NCBI RefSeq assembly: GCF_964204865.1
Contig: NC_135254.1
Coordinates: 13,454,001 to 13,518,000, forward strand
Reading direction: 5' to 3'
Source: Styela clava
Lineage: Eukaryota
Length of the DNA: 64,000 nucleotides
A program made the translations under genes and the position numbers. How positions within the stretch are numbered: the first letter of the stretch is position 1; every line of letters begins with the position of its first letter. This document shows positions 33,847 to 45,466 of the stretch, in pieces. The notes beneath the pieces are model-generated. The model was not told the origin of the DNA and did no database searches. It saw only the letters and a list, made by a program, of their open reading frames with translations.

Positions 33847-35597
33847 TGATTCATAATGTGCTGTTATCAATTTTTTTAAATATTCATAAGCTCCCTCATT
33901 TCAATGGAAAGCAGATGACAAACTACTGTTATTGGTAGGCCTAGGCGTACACTTTGAAAGAAGCCGCCTACACCCCTTTTCACTAGAATACTGTAAAATA
34001 TTTGATAAAATTACCCCCGAGGCATCATATCTTCCATTTGAAAGGGCTGCGGAGGCAGATACATTTTTTACTCTAAATTATGAAATGTTACTTCCAGGTT
34101 ATCTTATCCTTGCTTTTAGTATATATACATGGGTCAGTATATATTTGCAGCGCAGAGGAATTGAATTTACTCGCACGTACTAGATTAAACTAAAATCTCG
34201 TTTCGTGGGTGCACACCATTCGAAACCGGCCCGCGGGCCGCAGATTGCATACCCCTGCTTTAGACCTAATCATGATGGCATCGTAAGTTAAAATCTCGGT
34301 TTCAAAGCCCATGCACGCCGCCATTTCACCCATGCTGTAATAATATTGGTAGACAATGTCGATCATTTCAAACAATTGTAGCTGCTTATTGATACGTCGT
34401 ACAGAAAGCTCCGTGGATGCAAATGTTCCTGTCTACAATATCCACGGATGCAAACGTTCGCAGGTGCAATCTGCATGGGGTGCTGAAATATGTAGGTTTA
34501 AAAGTGCTTCCACCACAATTGAGATCTACTTCTATAATATAGGTATTCAAAGTTTTTGTAATTTTTACAGAAACCGTATAAATTCTGAAGAAGGGTATTA
34601 TATACTGATATCGTCATTTGGCACCCTCGTGATGCCATTCTCGAATCAATTTTCACGAAATGGCCAAAATCTCGCCCCATTGACTGACGAGTTCGCCTTG
34701 TCTGCGCGGAAATTAAATCACAGTATGTAAGACTTGATTCACCCCTTCGATTTTGGGTTGCAGCGATTGTTTCATACCTGTCACTAGTCACGGATCAAAC
34801 TGTTTCTCTGTTCACAACTAATGTGATGAAAAAGACAATCCAAAACAGCTTAGGGTTGATCCAAGGCTTGAGATAAGCATGAACACTGAACATACTTAAA
34901 AGAAGGGTGGAGTAAACGTTTATCACATTATATAAAAGTGTATTTCAACTAGAGTTGCAAAATCGACACAAACACAATTAGCAGGAAACTCATCTATAAA
35001 GTTCAATTGACCAGGTTGTATGATCAGGAAGTAATATTATCACTACAAACTACTACTTCAACCATAAAAATTGAGAATATACTATTCACAAGCATACATA
35101 ATCACTTATTATAGAACTGCTTCATTGAAGAATTTGGGACTGCGAGAACACATAGTAATCACTTTTCATTTTCTTGGTTCTCTGATCTATGTGCTGCATA
35201 AATTGATAGAGGATTACATTTGAGATTTGATACCAACAACATCTTCCCAAGTGTGCAGAAATCATAACACAATGAGATTGCATATTGTATAAAAAAAATT
35301 ATGCAACAGTGGTTGGACGCCACATAGAAGATATCATCAAGACTTCTGTTCAATCAAGTATAGTATAAATATGAAATAAAGTGAGACACTACACTAGTGT
35401 AAAGTAAACTAATAATGATAATAGTAAAATCAATCCAGATGACCATGAAAATCGATTTCAACAATAATCAAATCATGCTAATAAGTTTCTATTAGCATAA
35501 TTTTATATAAAATATAATGGGTCGGATGTTTAGACTGAGCAATGAGCATAATAGATTTTGTTTGACTTACATGATCATTCCACTATCATAATTGTGA

Positions 35598-37349
35598 TTA
35601 CCAATGGCTCTTGTAGTTGAATTTAGCTTTGACAAGATATCTTGCTCTGATTTGAGCAACATCATAAACAATATACTCATTGTACATCAGGTATCTATTG
35701 GTATTATCAGAAACAGCTTTAGGTTTTCCTAGTGGTGCGAGAGTTCCACAATCCATAGTGTGATAGCCTTGTGGATCCGGTTCTTCGCGTCCCAATCCTT
35801 TAGTACTATGCTTTCCTTTCGGTAATTTGTTTGCATCGTAGTCTGCATGAGTTTTGTCATTTGTGTTGCCAAGAGCGACTTCGCATAGAAGTAGAAAACC
35901 AGATGGTTGACGGTGGTTTGCATGGCAGTAATTTGCAGATTTAGAAATCATGTCTGCAAAATAGACTCCTTTGCCAAACATATATCCTGTTGAAGGGGCT
36001 TCAGGTGGAGCAATTCTCAGACCTTGTTTTAATATTCCACACCAATTAGTCAAACGAGATCCATGCCACAGTAGCATTCTATTCCCGATGTCTTTCTTGA
36101 ATCTCTGCTCCTCACCCTCTCTCTCAACCTTGTATACATTTTCTAGATCAAGAGCATACTGATTATGAGTGGAACCATGTGAATTACTGACATACGTCTT
36201 TACCATTTTATATTCATCATGGGTTTTATCCAAGGGTTCAAGCTTACAGTCAAGAGATTGATAATGAAGATCTTTAATGTTAACATCATCAGTTTTATCA
36301 TCATCTTCATCCATCATTTGTATTGCAATTTGGATGTCACTAAGAGCTTCTAGTAGTTGAATCTTCAATTTCAGCTGAGCAGGAGTTCTGATCAAAGGTG
36401 GAACTTTCATGCCAAAGTCGTGAGGAATTCTTGTGTAAAATTCACTGCATGCATCAGCTAACTCACGGCCATATTTATTTTCTTGATGGCATTTTTCTAT
36501 TTTTTTCAAGGTCTCATATCCTGCTTTTATCTGCTTGCTTGTTAATTTTCCTAGTGGTGCTTTTTTGACATCAAATTCTAATTCTTTTACACAAGCTTCG
36601 AATTCTTTCACATCAAAAATAAGATCGATGACTTCTTGAAGACGCTTGTCCAATTTTGATTCAACTTCTTCTCGTTTCTTTTTCTTCTCATCATCAACTT
36701 TCTTTTTGTCATCTTTCGTGTCCTCCCCATAATCCATTTCAAGTAAATCATATTTTCCTGGTATTTTTATGAAAGAGGGTGTATTCCATATATTCCCTGT
36801 TTTGTCACGAAATTTTTTCTCAAATGTAGTCTTGGCCGCATCAAGATTACCTCCATGGCGTTTAATAGCTGTGCCAGCAATTTTTCCTACTCTACCCCAT
36901 CTAAACCATGTCACATATTGCGGTTGAGTATCTTGCTTCAGTATTTGTAAAATATAGTATTTATTGTTGTTGAAACCAATATTTGTTTGGTTCAACATTG
37001 CATTGTATATCGAATTTTGCGTTTGATCAATATAAACATGATATCCAGAGGAACATTCTGCACAATGTTCATCTACTGGAACAGACCCAGAAAATGTAAG
37101 CTTTTTTATATCTGCTTTTTCCTCTGAAGAAGATGCTTTCGAATCTGGTTCTTGTTTGACTTTTGTATTTTCCTTTTTGACCTTAACATCAGGTTTAACA
37201 GTTGCAGTATTTTTAGTCTTTTTTCCCTTACCAGCAGATTGTTTTGCATCGTCATTCGGATCATCCTTCTTGGAATTATCATCATTTTTACCTCTTTTTG
37301 GTCTAGATGAAGCTACAGCTTGTTTTGCTTGCCTTTTTCTAGGTGGCAT
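35598..37349 (-). CDS. PARP2: Poly(ADP-ribose) polymerase 2 (basic N-terminus, WGR, helical and catalytic domains), single coding exon, 583 aa
   Basis: WGR domain (MLNQTNIGFNNNKYY..WFRWGRVG), regulatory domain (KKAPLGKLT..FYTRIPHDFG) and catalytic H-Y-E triad (LLWHGSRLTNW, GKGVYFAD, YNEYIVYD). No zinc fingers or BRCT domain. The motifs read as PARP2 rather than PARP1 or PARP3. Confidence 0.93.
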   Translation of the reverse strand: MPPRKRQAKQAVASSRPKRGKNDDNSKKDDPNDDAKQSAGKGKKTKNTATVKPDVKVKKENTKVKQEPDSKASSSEEKADIKKLTFSGSVPVDEHCAECSSGYHVYIDQTQNSIYNAMLNQTNIGFNNNKYYILQILKQDTQPQYVTWFRWGRVGKIAGTAIKRHGGNLDAAKTTFEKKFRDKTGNIWNTPSFIKIPGKYDLLEMDYGEDTKDDKKKVDDEKKKKREEVESKLDKRLQEVIDLIFDVKEFEACVKELEFDVKKAPLGKLTSKQIKAGYETLKKIEKCHQENKYGRELADACSEFYTRIPHDFGMKVPPLIRTPAQLKLKIQLLEALSDIQIAIQMMDEDDDKTDDVNIKDLHYQSLDCKLEPLDKTHDEYKMVKTYVSNSHGSTHNQYALDLENVYKVEREGEEQRFKKDIGNRMLLWHGSRLTNWCGILKQGLRIAPPEAPSTGYMFGKGVYFADMISKSANYCHANHRQPSGFLLLCEVALGNTNDKTHADYDANKLPKGKHSTKGLGREEPDPQGYHTMDCGTLAPLGKPKAVSDNTNRYLMYNEYIVYDVAQIRARYLVKAKFNYKSHW

Positions 37350-38580
37350 TTTTAGGGTGCAATTTATTTTGTTGTTTGATCTACATATACAGCTATAATA
37401 CGATATCAGGATATAAATTCAATATTCAGTTTTAACAGATTTTCCATTCAATTCTTTATCATTCAACACATTATTATGACCCTTATTATTAATTATAAGG
37501 TTATATCAATTCATAAAATATTGCATATTTTCCATTGGGGGTGCCAACTTTGAACTTGTTTGAAATTGTTTCACTGCTTATATAAGCTTTTCCAAAGTAA
37601 TACAGTCATTAATTGATATATACTTTGACCCGTTACCTATGGAGTATCAGCGAAAACAGTGCAATTGCAGAATTGGCATAATCAAAGCCATCTATGGTAT
37701 AAAGAGGACATAAAATTACAGAGTATAAAAGACAGATAGGGGTTTCACATCTCATAGAAAATAGTCATAAGAGAATTAGGCTATTTTATTGCAGGATTAC
37801 TGTTTACAGGTTTAAATTTAATTTTAAATAAACTAATACAGTATCATATTATATTAAATTTTTGCAAAGGCAAAACCCTAACAGTATGATTTACAACACA
37901 TAGTCTACTGGTGGTACTGGATAATGGCAACTAAAAAGCATCTCAGGTTTGTAGTGCAGCATTATCTCAGTACCTTGTGATAATGAAAAACTGACCTCAC
38001 TCTTGACCGTTTGAATGCCTTATCCCTAAATTGTCATTCTTTTACACCCTGCAGGTGCTTTTTTTCAGCATGCTGTCATGATAAAAAAAATAAACTTCTG
38101 ATTCTAAATGAAGGGATCTTGAGGCAAATTATCTAAAACTTCACCAACAATGAACATAAATGGACCGGGATAAATAGACTATGTAAATCCTCCTTCTATT
38201 CCAGTATTCCTACCTTCTGCGGACAAATAGGTGCTATTTGGATAATTCAATAGGTAGGAAAGTTACTCCTATGTCTGTATATGTACCGGCTCTTACTAGA
38301 CTACCGATACGGTATCTGCAAACAAAGCGGCATACCTCAATCCCCGTAGCAACAATGATTTGAAAAGCGTTTAACGCACGGTACGGTTGAAATATTAGAA
38401 TATTTATTGGGACGCGGTAGGGCTCTTACTACTTAATGAATAGAGCGCAGAAGAGAGGGAAAGAGCGCAAAACAGCGCAGAAGAGATGGAAACATTTTTC
38501 TTTCATTATTTATTAGCGTCCGTGAAATTTTAAACAATTTGATGGGAAACAGTATACAGTGGTAGGGAATGATCACGAGT

Positions 38581-38703
38581 TTATATCAGTAATCTTCAAC
38601 ATCTCATCCAAGATGACGCACAATCTGAACACAGTATGTGTACTAGGTTGGTTAGGGTGCGTCATGTTTGGTTATTTAAAGATGTTGAAGATTACTGATA
38701 TAA
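38581..38703. repeat. 123-bp hairpin/MITE upstream of PARP2
   Basis: Perfect 24-bp IR TTATATCAGTAATCTTCAACATCT / AGATGTTGAAGATTACTGATATAA plus inner arms CCAAGATGACGCAC / GTGCGTCATGTTTGG. Confidence 0.85.
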
Positions 38704-41004
38704 TTTGAAAATGGCTACGGACGTTTCCCCGACCCTTCACCCAAAAAAAATCTGTACGAACGAAAGAAGTGGCTGAGCGACTGCATAAATTGCAATTGTT
38801 ACGTCATTGCTGATTGGTCATTGTTACGGACATTAAAATGAAATCGATGAGAAACATCCATTTAACCGTAAATATGTACTACTACAGATTTACCGACAAT
38901 ATCTCGTTTGTAAGCGAAACAACATTATTTCGTACGCTCCGATGTAAGTTTGAATATTGAATGATGGGTAGTTCTGGGTGAAACATATTAAAATTATTTG
39001 AACCTCCACTTTGTATATATTCGGTATTCCATTTGCGATGACAAATATCAGACAACAAAAATTTAGCCTCTATTCCTCCAATGCCTATGAGTTTGGAGAA
39101 GTGGTAGCTAGCTTAGTTAGTACATCTACATGCTCATTTCCAGGAATGTCCTGATGCCCGGGAATCCACCTTTTGTTTCACTGTTGCGATAATATGGGAG
39201 TATGTAGTTATGATGTTAATGACAAAGTCTTCGGATAAACATGATCGGGCCGAGTCATGTTGGTTGGGAAAAATATGCCTCATGTTGATCTTGTTATTTC
39301 TTCCCTGAAAAGAGCCAATACATTTATACACAATACCCAACTATGGCACGAATCTTATAAAGAAGTTCATCCCTCAAAACCATGTTTCGTAATAGTGATA
39401 AATAAATGAATAGACAATTATTATTATTTAATACGGAATGCATGCACAAAACCTGCTGGCCTAAAACACAAATGTGTGGCGTTATAGGGCTTGTTCGGCA
39501 ATGACTTGTATACGTCACTGTGCAAGCGGAGAATATCATCAGTAGTAGGCAATGACTAACATACCGGTAGTAGGTTACGGCACGCCTTCCACGACGAAAA
39601 AACCTGGTCATACAGATATATTTTGTTAAAAAATAGGTCGATAAGATTATGGATCTGTTGCTGGCTTATTAGATTTATGGATAGGAGTGTTTCCGGGAAG
39701 ACGGAATATCGCCAGAAAGCCATATGTTGGTAAAAGATTCAAAGGAAATTTTAGAGCATGAGGAGGAATGTGATTGGGCATTGGATATCCTATCGTCCTG
39801 GCCAGTAAAAGGTGGTTTCATGGGTTTCAAGGTTGTTTTTAACTCCGCCATAGTAAAAAGAGAGTCGAGAACTTAATCTTGTCTGGGAGATGGTTTGGCT
39901 ATTTCCTTGGTCAAATTGACTTCTTGCTATCGAGATTTAAAGTTTGTGTCATAGTTTTCCGAACTTGAAACAGCTGCAAGCGTTGTGGCAAGAACATTGA
40001 AAATATCATATTCGGTTACAAATTTCGGATGATCTAATTGCGAGCATTGTATTCCAGAATTAAATCCTAGTCTACAAAATGCCTTCACCATAGACCATAC
40101 TTGATCCAGCTTAGTGTTATTATCAACGAAGTCACAGTATTCTCTTCGAGAATCGCGTTTGGCTTTTAATATAGTTTTCCTAATATAAGATATACAACTT
40201 TTAAACTAATTTATATCTTGTATACTGATTGTTCTTCTCATCTTCAAGTAAGCTGAACGTACTGCCTTTTCGTGCAAGACTTATTCCACACAGGGACGCT
40301 ATTTTTGGTATGAGGTTGGAACACAGAGTGGACTTGGCTAATTAAACTCGAACATGTGCATGCAATTTTTTCCAATCTGCTTATTCATATTCCCATTTGG
40401 GTATGTGAACATTCGATTTGTGAGTGAATTCATTAATCCCTATACGAACCATGCAAAGTTCACTTTATAAAAAGACGTCTACAGCCGATGTTTTGCACTT
40501 TGTCAAAAAATGAAATCGTCCCGTGTGAAATCAGCATTTGGCGTAATATAAATATTGGTGAATTTGATTTTGTTAACTTAGTATAAGTTTATTTCGACTC
40601 CATAATCAGCATAACAATAAAATGATTGGTAAAAAAAATATATAAAAACTGATTATGAAATCGGGAGAGCAAACAAAACCTTAGATAAGGTTTAAAACGT
40701 ACAGAATGTATACAATATGGAAGGTTTTGCCAAGCAGAAGTGGTACGTGTTCACTCACCTAAAATAATGGAAATATTTCACACACGCACCCACACACACA
40801 ACCATACAGAAGTTATAAATTACATACGGGTAGTTAAGAAAAAATAAATAAAAATTACTTGCCACACCATATTAATAAATTTATAACGTTTGCCTTATAA
40901 CTTTTATGAAAAATATATTGCCAAGCTGATTATAGTTGGAGTCAATTGCCAAAAATGCCCAACCAAAGTTGCCAGAATTAGGTGCATGAAGAGGTGGGCT
41001 AGAT

Positions 41005-43397
41005 CAGTGATTTTCAACCGGTGTTCCGCGAGAGACCTCCAGGTGTTCCGCGAAATATTGCCTTTTCGAAGTATTATGACGTCATTCGAATAATATAAAT
41101 AGAGTCGATTTGAAAACGGCGAGTCAGAGTTTTGGAAAGTCGGTATAAACAAGAGAGCTATGCTCAAATATATGGACACGTAGAGTCACATAATTTTGAT
41201 GACGTCATAGCGAAAAAAAAAGTAATAGCCTTCTGGAGAAAATTTTTATCTTTAACCACTAAAAATTTCAAAGCAATTGGTCCAGTATTCGAAGAGAAAA
41301 GCGACTTTTTAAAAACGTGTCAAGCGGTACTCAGTTAGCAGTCAGGCAGCATCTTACCTGTACACTGTAGGCCATATACGGTAATTGATCACAGAACAGT
41401 TGTTCCCTTGCAAATTTTATGTTGTTTACACTTTAGGACAGATAATTGATCACAGAACAATTCTTCCCTTTCAAATTTTATGTTGTTTCCAGTAGACTCT
41501 CATCAAAATAAACAAATATAGTAGGCTACAAGTGCTACAACGCTTGCATTACTGCACTGGTAGGACCGTGAAAGAATAAGGTACGGTAATTTCATTGTGG
41601 TAAGACACCGGTACCGGCACCAGTACCAGTATCGTACTTACGTACTGAGCTACCAGTACCGGTTAGCAGTCAGCCAGCATCTTACCTGTACACTGTAGGC
41701 CATATACGGTAATTGATCACAGAACAGTTGTTCCCTTGCAAATTTTATGTTGTTTACACTTTAGGACAGATAATTGATCACAGAACAATTCTTCCCTTTC
41801 AAATTTTATGTTGTTTCCAGTAGACTCTCATCAAAATAAACAAATATAGTAGGCTACAAGTGCTACAACGCTTGCATTACTGCACTGGTGGGACCGTGAA
41901 AGAATAAGTTACGGTAATTTCATTGTGGTAAGACACCGGCACCAGTACCAGTATCGTACTTACGTACTGAGCTACCAGTACCGGTACCGAACCTGTAGGT
42001 CTGATATTCCGTTCCGCATACGATAGGCTATAAAACTTGCATTGCAGCATTAGTAATACCGCGGAAGGAATAAGTCAATTTCACTGCGTTACGGTACCTG
42101 TATGGCAACTTACCAGTACCGACCTACAGTAGCTGTAGTACTGAGCAAGACAATCGATCGCGAAACCGCTTGAAATAAGTGTAAAACAGTGTTCCCATGA
42201 GTAAAAATAAATACCGCGAAATTTTGTATGAAATATCATATCTCATAGGATTCATATAAAATTTAAGAATAAACAAAAGTAATAGCCTTCTAGCGAAAAA
42301 ATTAATCTTTAACCACTGAAAATTTCAAAGCAATTGGTCCAGTATTCGAAGAGAAAAGCGACTTTTTAAAAACGTGTCAAAGAACAAGAACAAGAACAAG
42401 AACAACAACAACAACATAATATTGAAACGATCGTTATGTCCACTACGTGTCCAAAAACTTGTAACCAGATAAGAAATGACAGGCCATATTCCCTTTTAAT
42501 AGATTTTTATCTCAGCGTGTATTTTTAGTGATCCATTCCATTCTTGACCAAATAATGTTTCGAAAATGTGAACATTATACTCGACCATGAATGATGTCAT
42601 CATCGGAGTTGATTACATTCGTTGCATTTCGAAGCTTTTCTTGCAGTAATAATTAGGGCGTGGCATCATCAAAATCGTCAAGTGAAGTGTTGAATTTGCA
42701 AATTCCGTAAATAACATTGTGAATTTGTAGGTAACAATTTTAGCTATGATAATGGTCGCGGTATTGTTTTGTTGGAAAAGAAGTTATACCAAAATATGAA
42801 ACTTCGATCTCCGCCGATCGGCAAGAATTAATACTTGCGCACAAGAACAAAGGCGGTAATATGAAAACGTTCAGGGGGCAAAAAAGTAGCGATTATGACG
42901 AAATTAAACAGTAAAAATCGCTTTGCTGCCAATTTTCAATGTTTTTATTAATTTCCAAATCGACCTCCGACCTTCTGGACTCCTGTTGTGTATAAAAAAA
43001 AACGCGAGAAATCGAGAGCCGTTGAGAAAGAGCTGCGTGTTTGTCTCTCCTCGATTACAGAACAAATATTTGAAATTAATCGAAACAGACCCAAATATTA
43101 CACTAAAATACCATTTCTGTTTCTAGCTACCGCAATCATAGTATTCATAAGCAAACTTGCAAAAACATATATTTGTACCTTACCGTCGCTCTTGTAGCTC
43201 TGAATCGGAATGTCTCACGTCTTTTCCTAAAGTTGACAAGCAATATTATTGATTTCGGTATTTTATTTTCATGCCAAAATTATCGACGTCCGTTAATTGC
43301 ATAATATAGTTTATTTCCAAAAATTTCGTTTGGTGTTCCGCCACAATTTCAGATTAAAAAAAGTGTTCCGCGGTACAAAAAAAGTTGAAAATCACTG
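41005..43397 (+). mobile_element. Non-autonomous hAT (Buster/Charlie-type) transposon
   Basis: TIR CAGTGATTTTCAAC / GTTGAAAATCACTG; 8-bp TSD GGCTAGAT/GGCTAGAC; subterminal GTGTTCCGC repeats; transposase C-terminal remnant (CIKK..RNR / AVEKELRVCLSSI) at about 42920-43060. Confidence 0.9.
41148..42454 (-). mobile_element. Helentron-associated non-autonomous element (HINE/DINE-1-like), copy 1
   Basis: Subterminal IR TGGACACGTAG/CTACGTGTCCA, a terminal GAGC-N3-GCTC hairpin, (AACAAG)n(AAC)n microsatellite, an internal tandem duplication of about 330 bp, and no TSD. Nested in the hAT element. Confidence 0.75.
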
Positions 43398-45466
43398 GGC
43401 TAGACCACTTCATTCCCCAAACTAGAGCCTATTATTGCAAAATTATGGTCCAGATTGTATAAGTATTTAATTAAAGGTACAAGTAATAGTATAAGTAATT
43501 ATAATTAATTAAGGTAGGACAACGGGGAATAGGAATATGTTGGTTACCAAGGTCATAAGTAAAGTTTTTTTCGATCCTAGATATTGACTTCTGCAAGGAC
43601 AAAGGAATTAGGATTGTTATTTCACAGGATCATTTCTTCATTTACTCAATGTAGGCTAATTGTTGTCAATTCAAATTTATCATAGATGAGACATCAGACT
43701 GCCAATTTTGATGATGTAGACACCCTTTATATTCAATAAGCTAGCCATTGAATTGGTCATCACCAACGACCTGAAAAACAGAAAATAAATCTGCGAGTAG
43801 AATATTCAAGGGTTACATATTAGGAAATAACACTCACTAGTCACTACCCTACACTTTTGTTGAGAAGAAATTATTATTTTGAGTAAATATTGATCATTAG
43901 TTATTTATTTTTAAAACGCAAGTTGAAAGACCTGAGTTGAATTCTGGTTGGGACACAGGGCAAATAATCTTCGCAAACCATGCAAGAACTCTCAAACCAC
44001 ACTAACCATTTGTATGTTGGCATTCACGTTAACTTCACAGCAGAACCTTCACCTAGGATAAAATTTTGTATACACACAAGACAAATCATGGAATACCACA
44101 GCAAATTAAAATGAAGGGGAGAATCCAATATATCTCGACTGGTCGCCTAATTACAGTAATAGGTACAGGGGTTAAATTATACCTTCTACAACCCTCACTA
44201 AGGAACACACCACTCAAATAGAAATAAAAGATTATGCATGTGGAATATCAGAAACCCAAAAAAAACATGCACATGCAGATATCAGAATATGAGCAGCCAT
44301 ATGCGGAAGAATCTTATGCTATGCATGCTATAGAACAAAATAAAGAGTTGGCTAGAATGCGAAACAAAACAGATGTGGAGAGCTTAGCAGCTTGTTCAAA
44401 AATAATAAGCAATTCTAGAGACAATAACAATATTATGGCTTTTATAGATTGTGGTGTTATTAACTCAATTTCGCGAATGGCGAAGGATTTTGGATACATA
44501 TTTTTACTCCGCCACTACAAACGCCCCTTCTTTCGTAATAATGTGTAACCGTACAGTGTTGGCCTATATCTGGCAATAAGATGGGGTTCTTGAAGTATAA
44601 TCGTAAATATATACTATTATAATTATTCTGTTATTCATTTTTTGTATATATCGTTCAAATTCGTATAATTTCTGGCAGATGCCTCTGCAGTTCCATTGTA
44701 ATAAAAAGCTAATTGTTTTAATATTAGTCATCATCTTCGATGAGTTAGGGCGAAAGCAACGACTAACATACCGGTACGCGAAAGTGATTGCTGCAGAGTG
44801 AAGACCATTGAACTGAAATTTCATTTACGGGTCACCGGTTATCGTTATGGGATCGAGGATAAGGGTGTTTCTTGACCTCTCCTTACCAAAATACCACTGA
44901 TTGACTGCAAGGCAATGGATTTTATTTTTCGTGAGATCCAAAACAACGCGCTGCATGAAAATGTTTAAGTAGGCAAGAGCGAGTAAGATCTAATACTTGA
45001 ATAATATATAATGTGTCAGTCACTACAGCACTAGAAGATTACTGAAGTGTATATTTCTTTCACCAAATCTCTGGTTTTGTGCCATGCTGTTCCGTAAGGC
45101 TGTACGGTACCGAACCGACAGCCGCAGTGCATCTAATGGTGCGTGATTACGATAGTCGGTAGGCCTACCGTACTTGTAAATCCAACAATTTCGGTACTTC
45201 TGAGGAAGATCAAAAGGATTATGCGTTCCGTCGGGACAATGCAACCAGTGTGTAATCGAAAGCAAAGTTATTTGTAGAGTTTTGGCCAGTTGTGTCCAAA
45301 AAATATGCACATTGATTTATAGCAGTTGAAATAATTTTTTTTGAAAACTTTGTGAATCTGTGGCATCAGCAGAACCGAAATTATGGAAATTGTCGTATAT
45401 CAAATTAAAAGCGAAGCACAAAATCGAATTCTTTTCTGAAAGTCAAATTTGGTTATTATATCAGTA

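Larger units (their letters stand above)
39100..44830 (-). mobile_element. Decayed non-LTR retrotransposon (APE-endonuclease/RT; I/Nimb-like), interrupted by nested insertions
   Basis: EN start LLQWNCRG (about 44680-44710). GDFN-like VVGDDQFNG (about 43750) and SDH-like DLGNQHIPI (about 43530-43555). RT region FRRGR..TTDDILRLHSDVYKSL (39500-39605) and ELLYKI. Multiple stops and frameshifts; boundaries approximate. Confidence 0.72.

Noticed and set aside
38400-39100. RNase P RNA gene head-to-head with PARP2, as in mammals (RPPH1)
   Set aside because: I could not see RNase P conserved regions or a Pol III layout, and the region is made of repeats. An Infernal search would settle it.
41333-41990. 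Regularly spaced repeats resembling a CRISPR array
   Set aside because: The spacers are duplicated too, so these are plain tandem duplications inside a eukaryotic transposon; there are no cas genes.
44234-44548. 104-aa ORF and other short ORF-track calls in repeat-rich DNA
   Set aside because: No recognisable domain or splice-consistent model; they lie within or antisense to decayed TEs or known exons.
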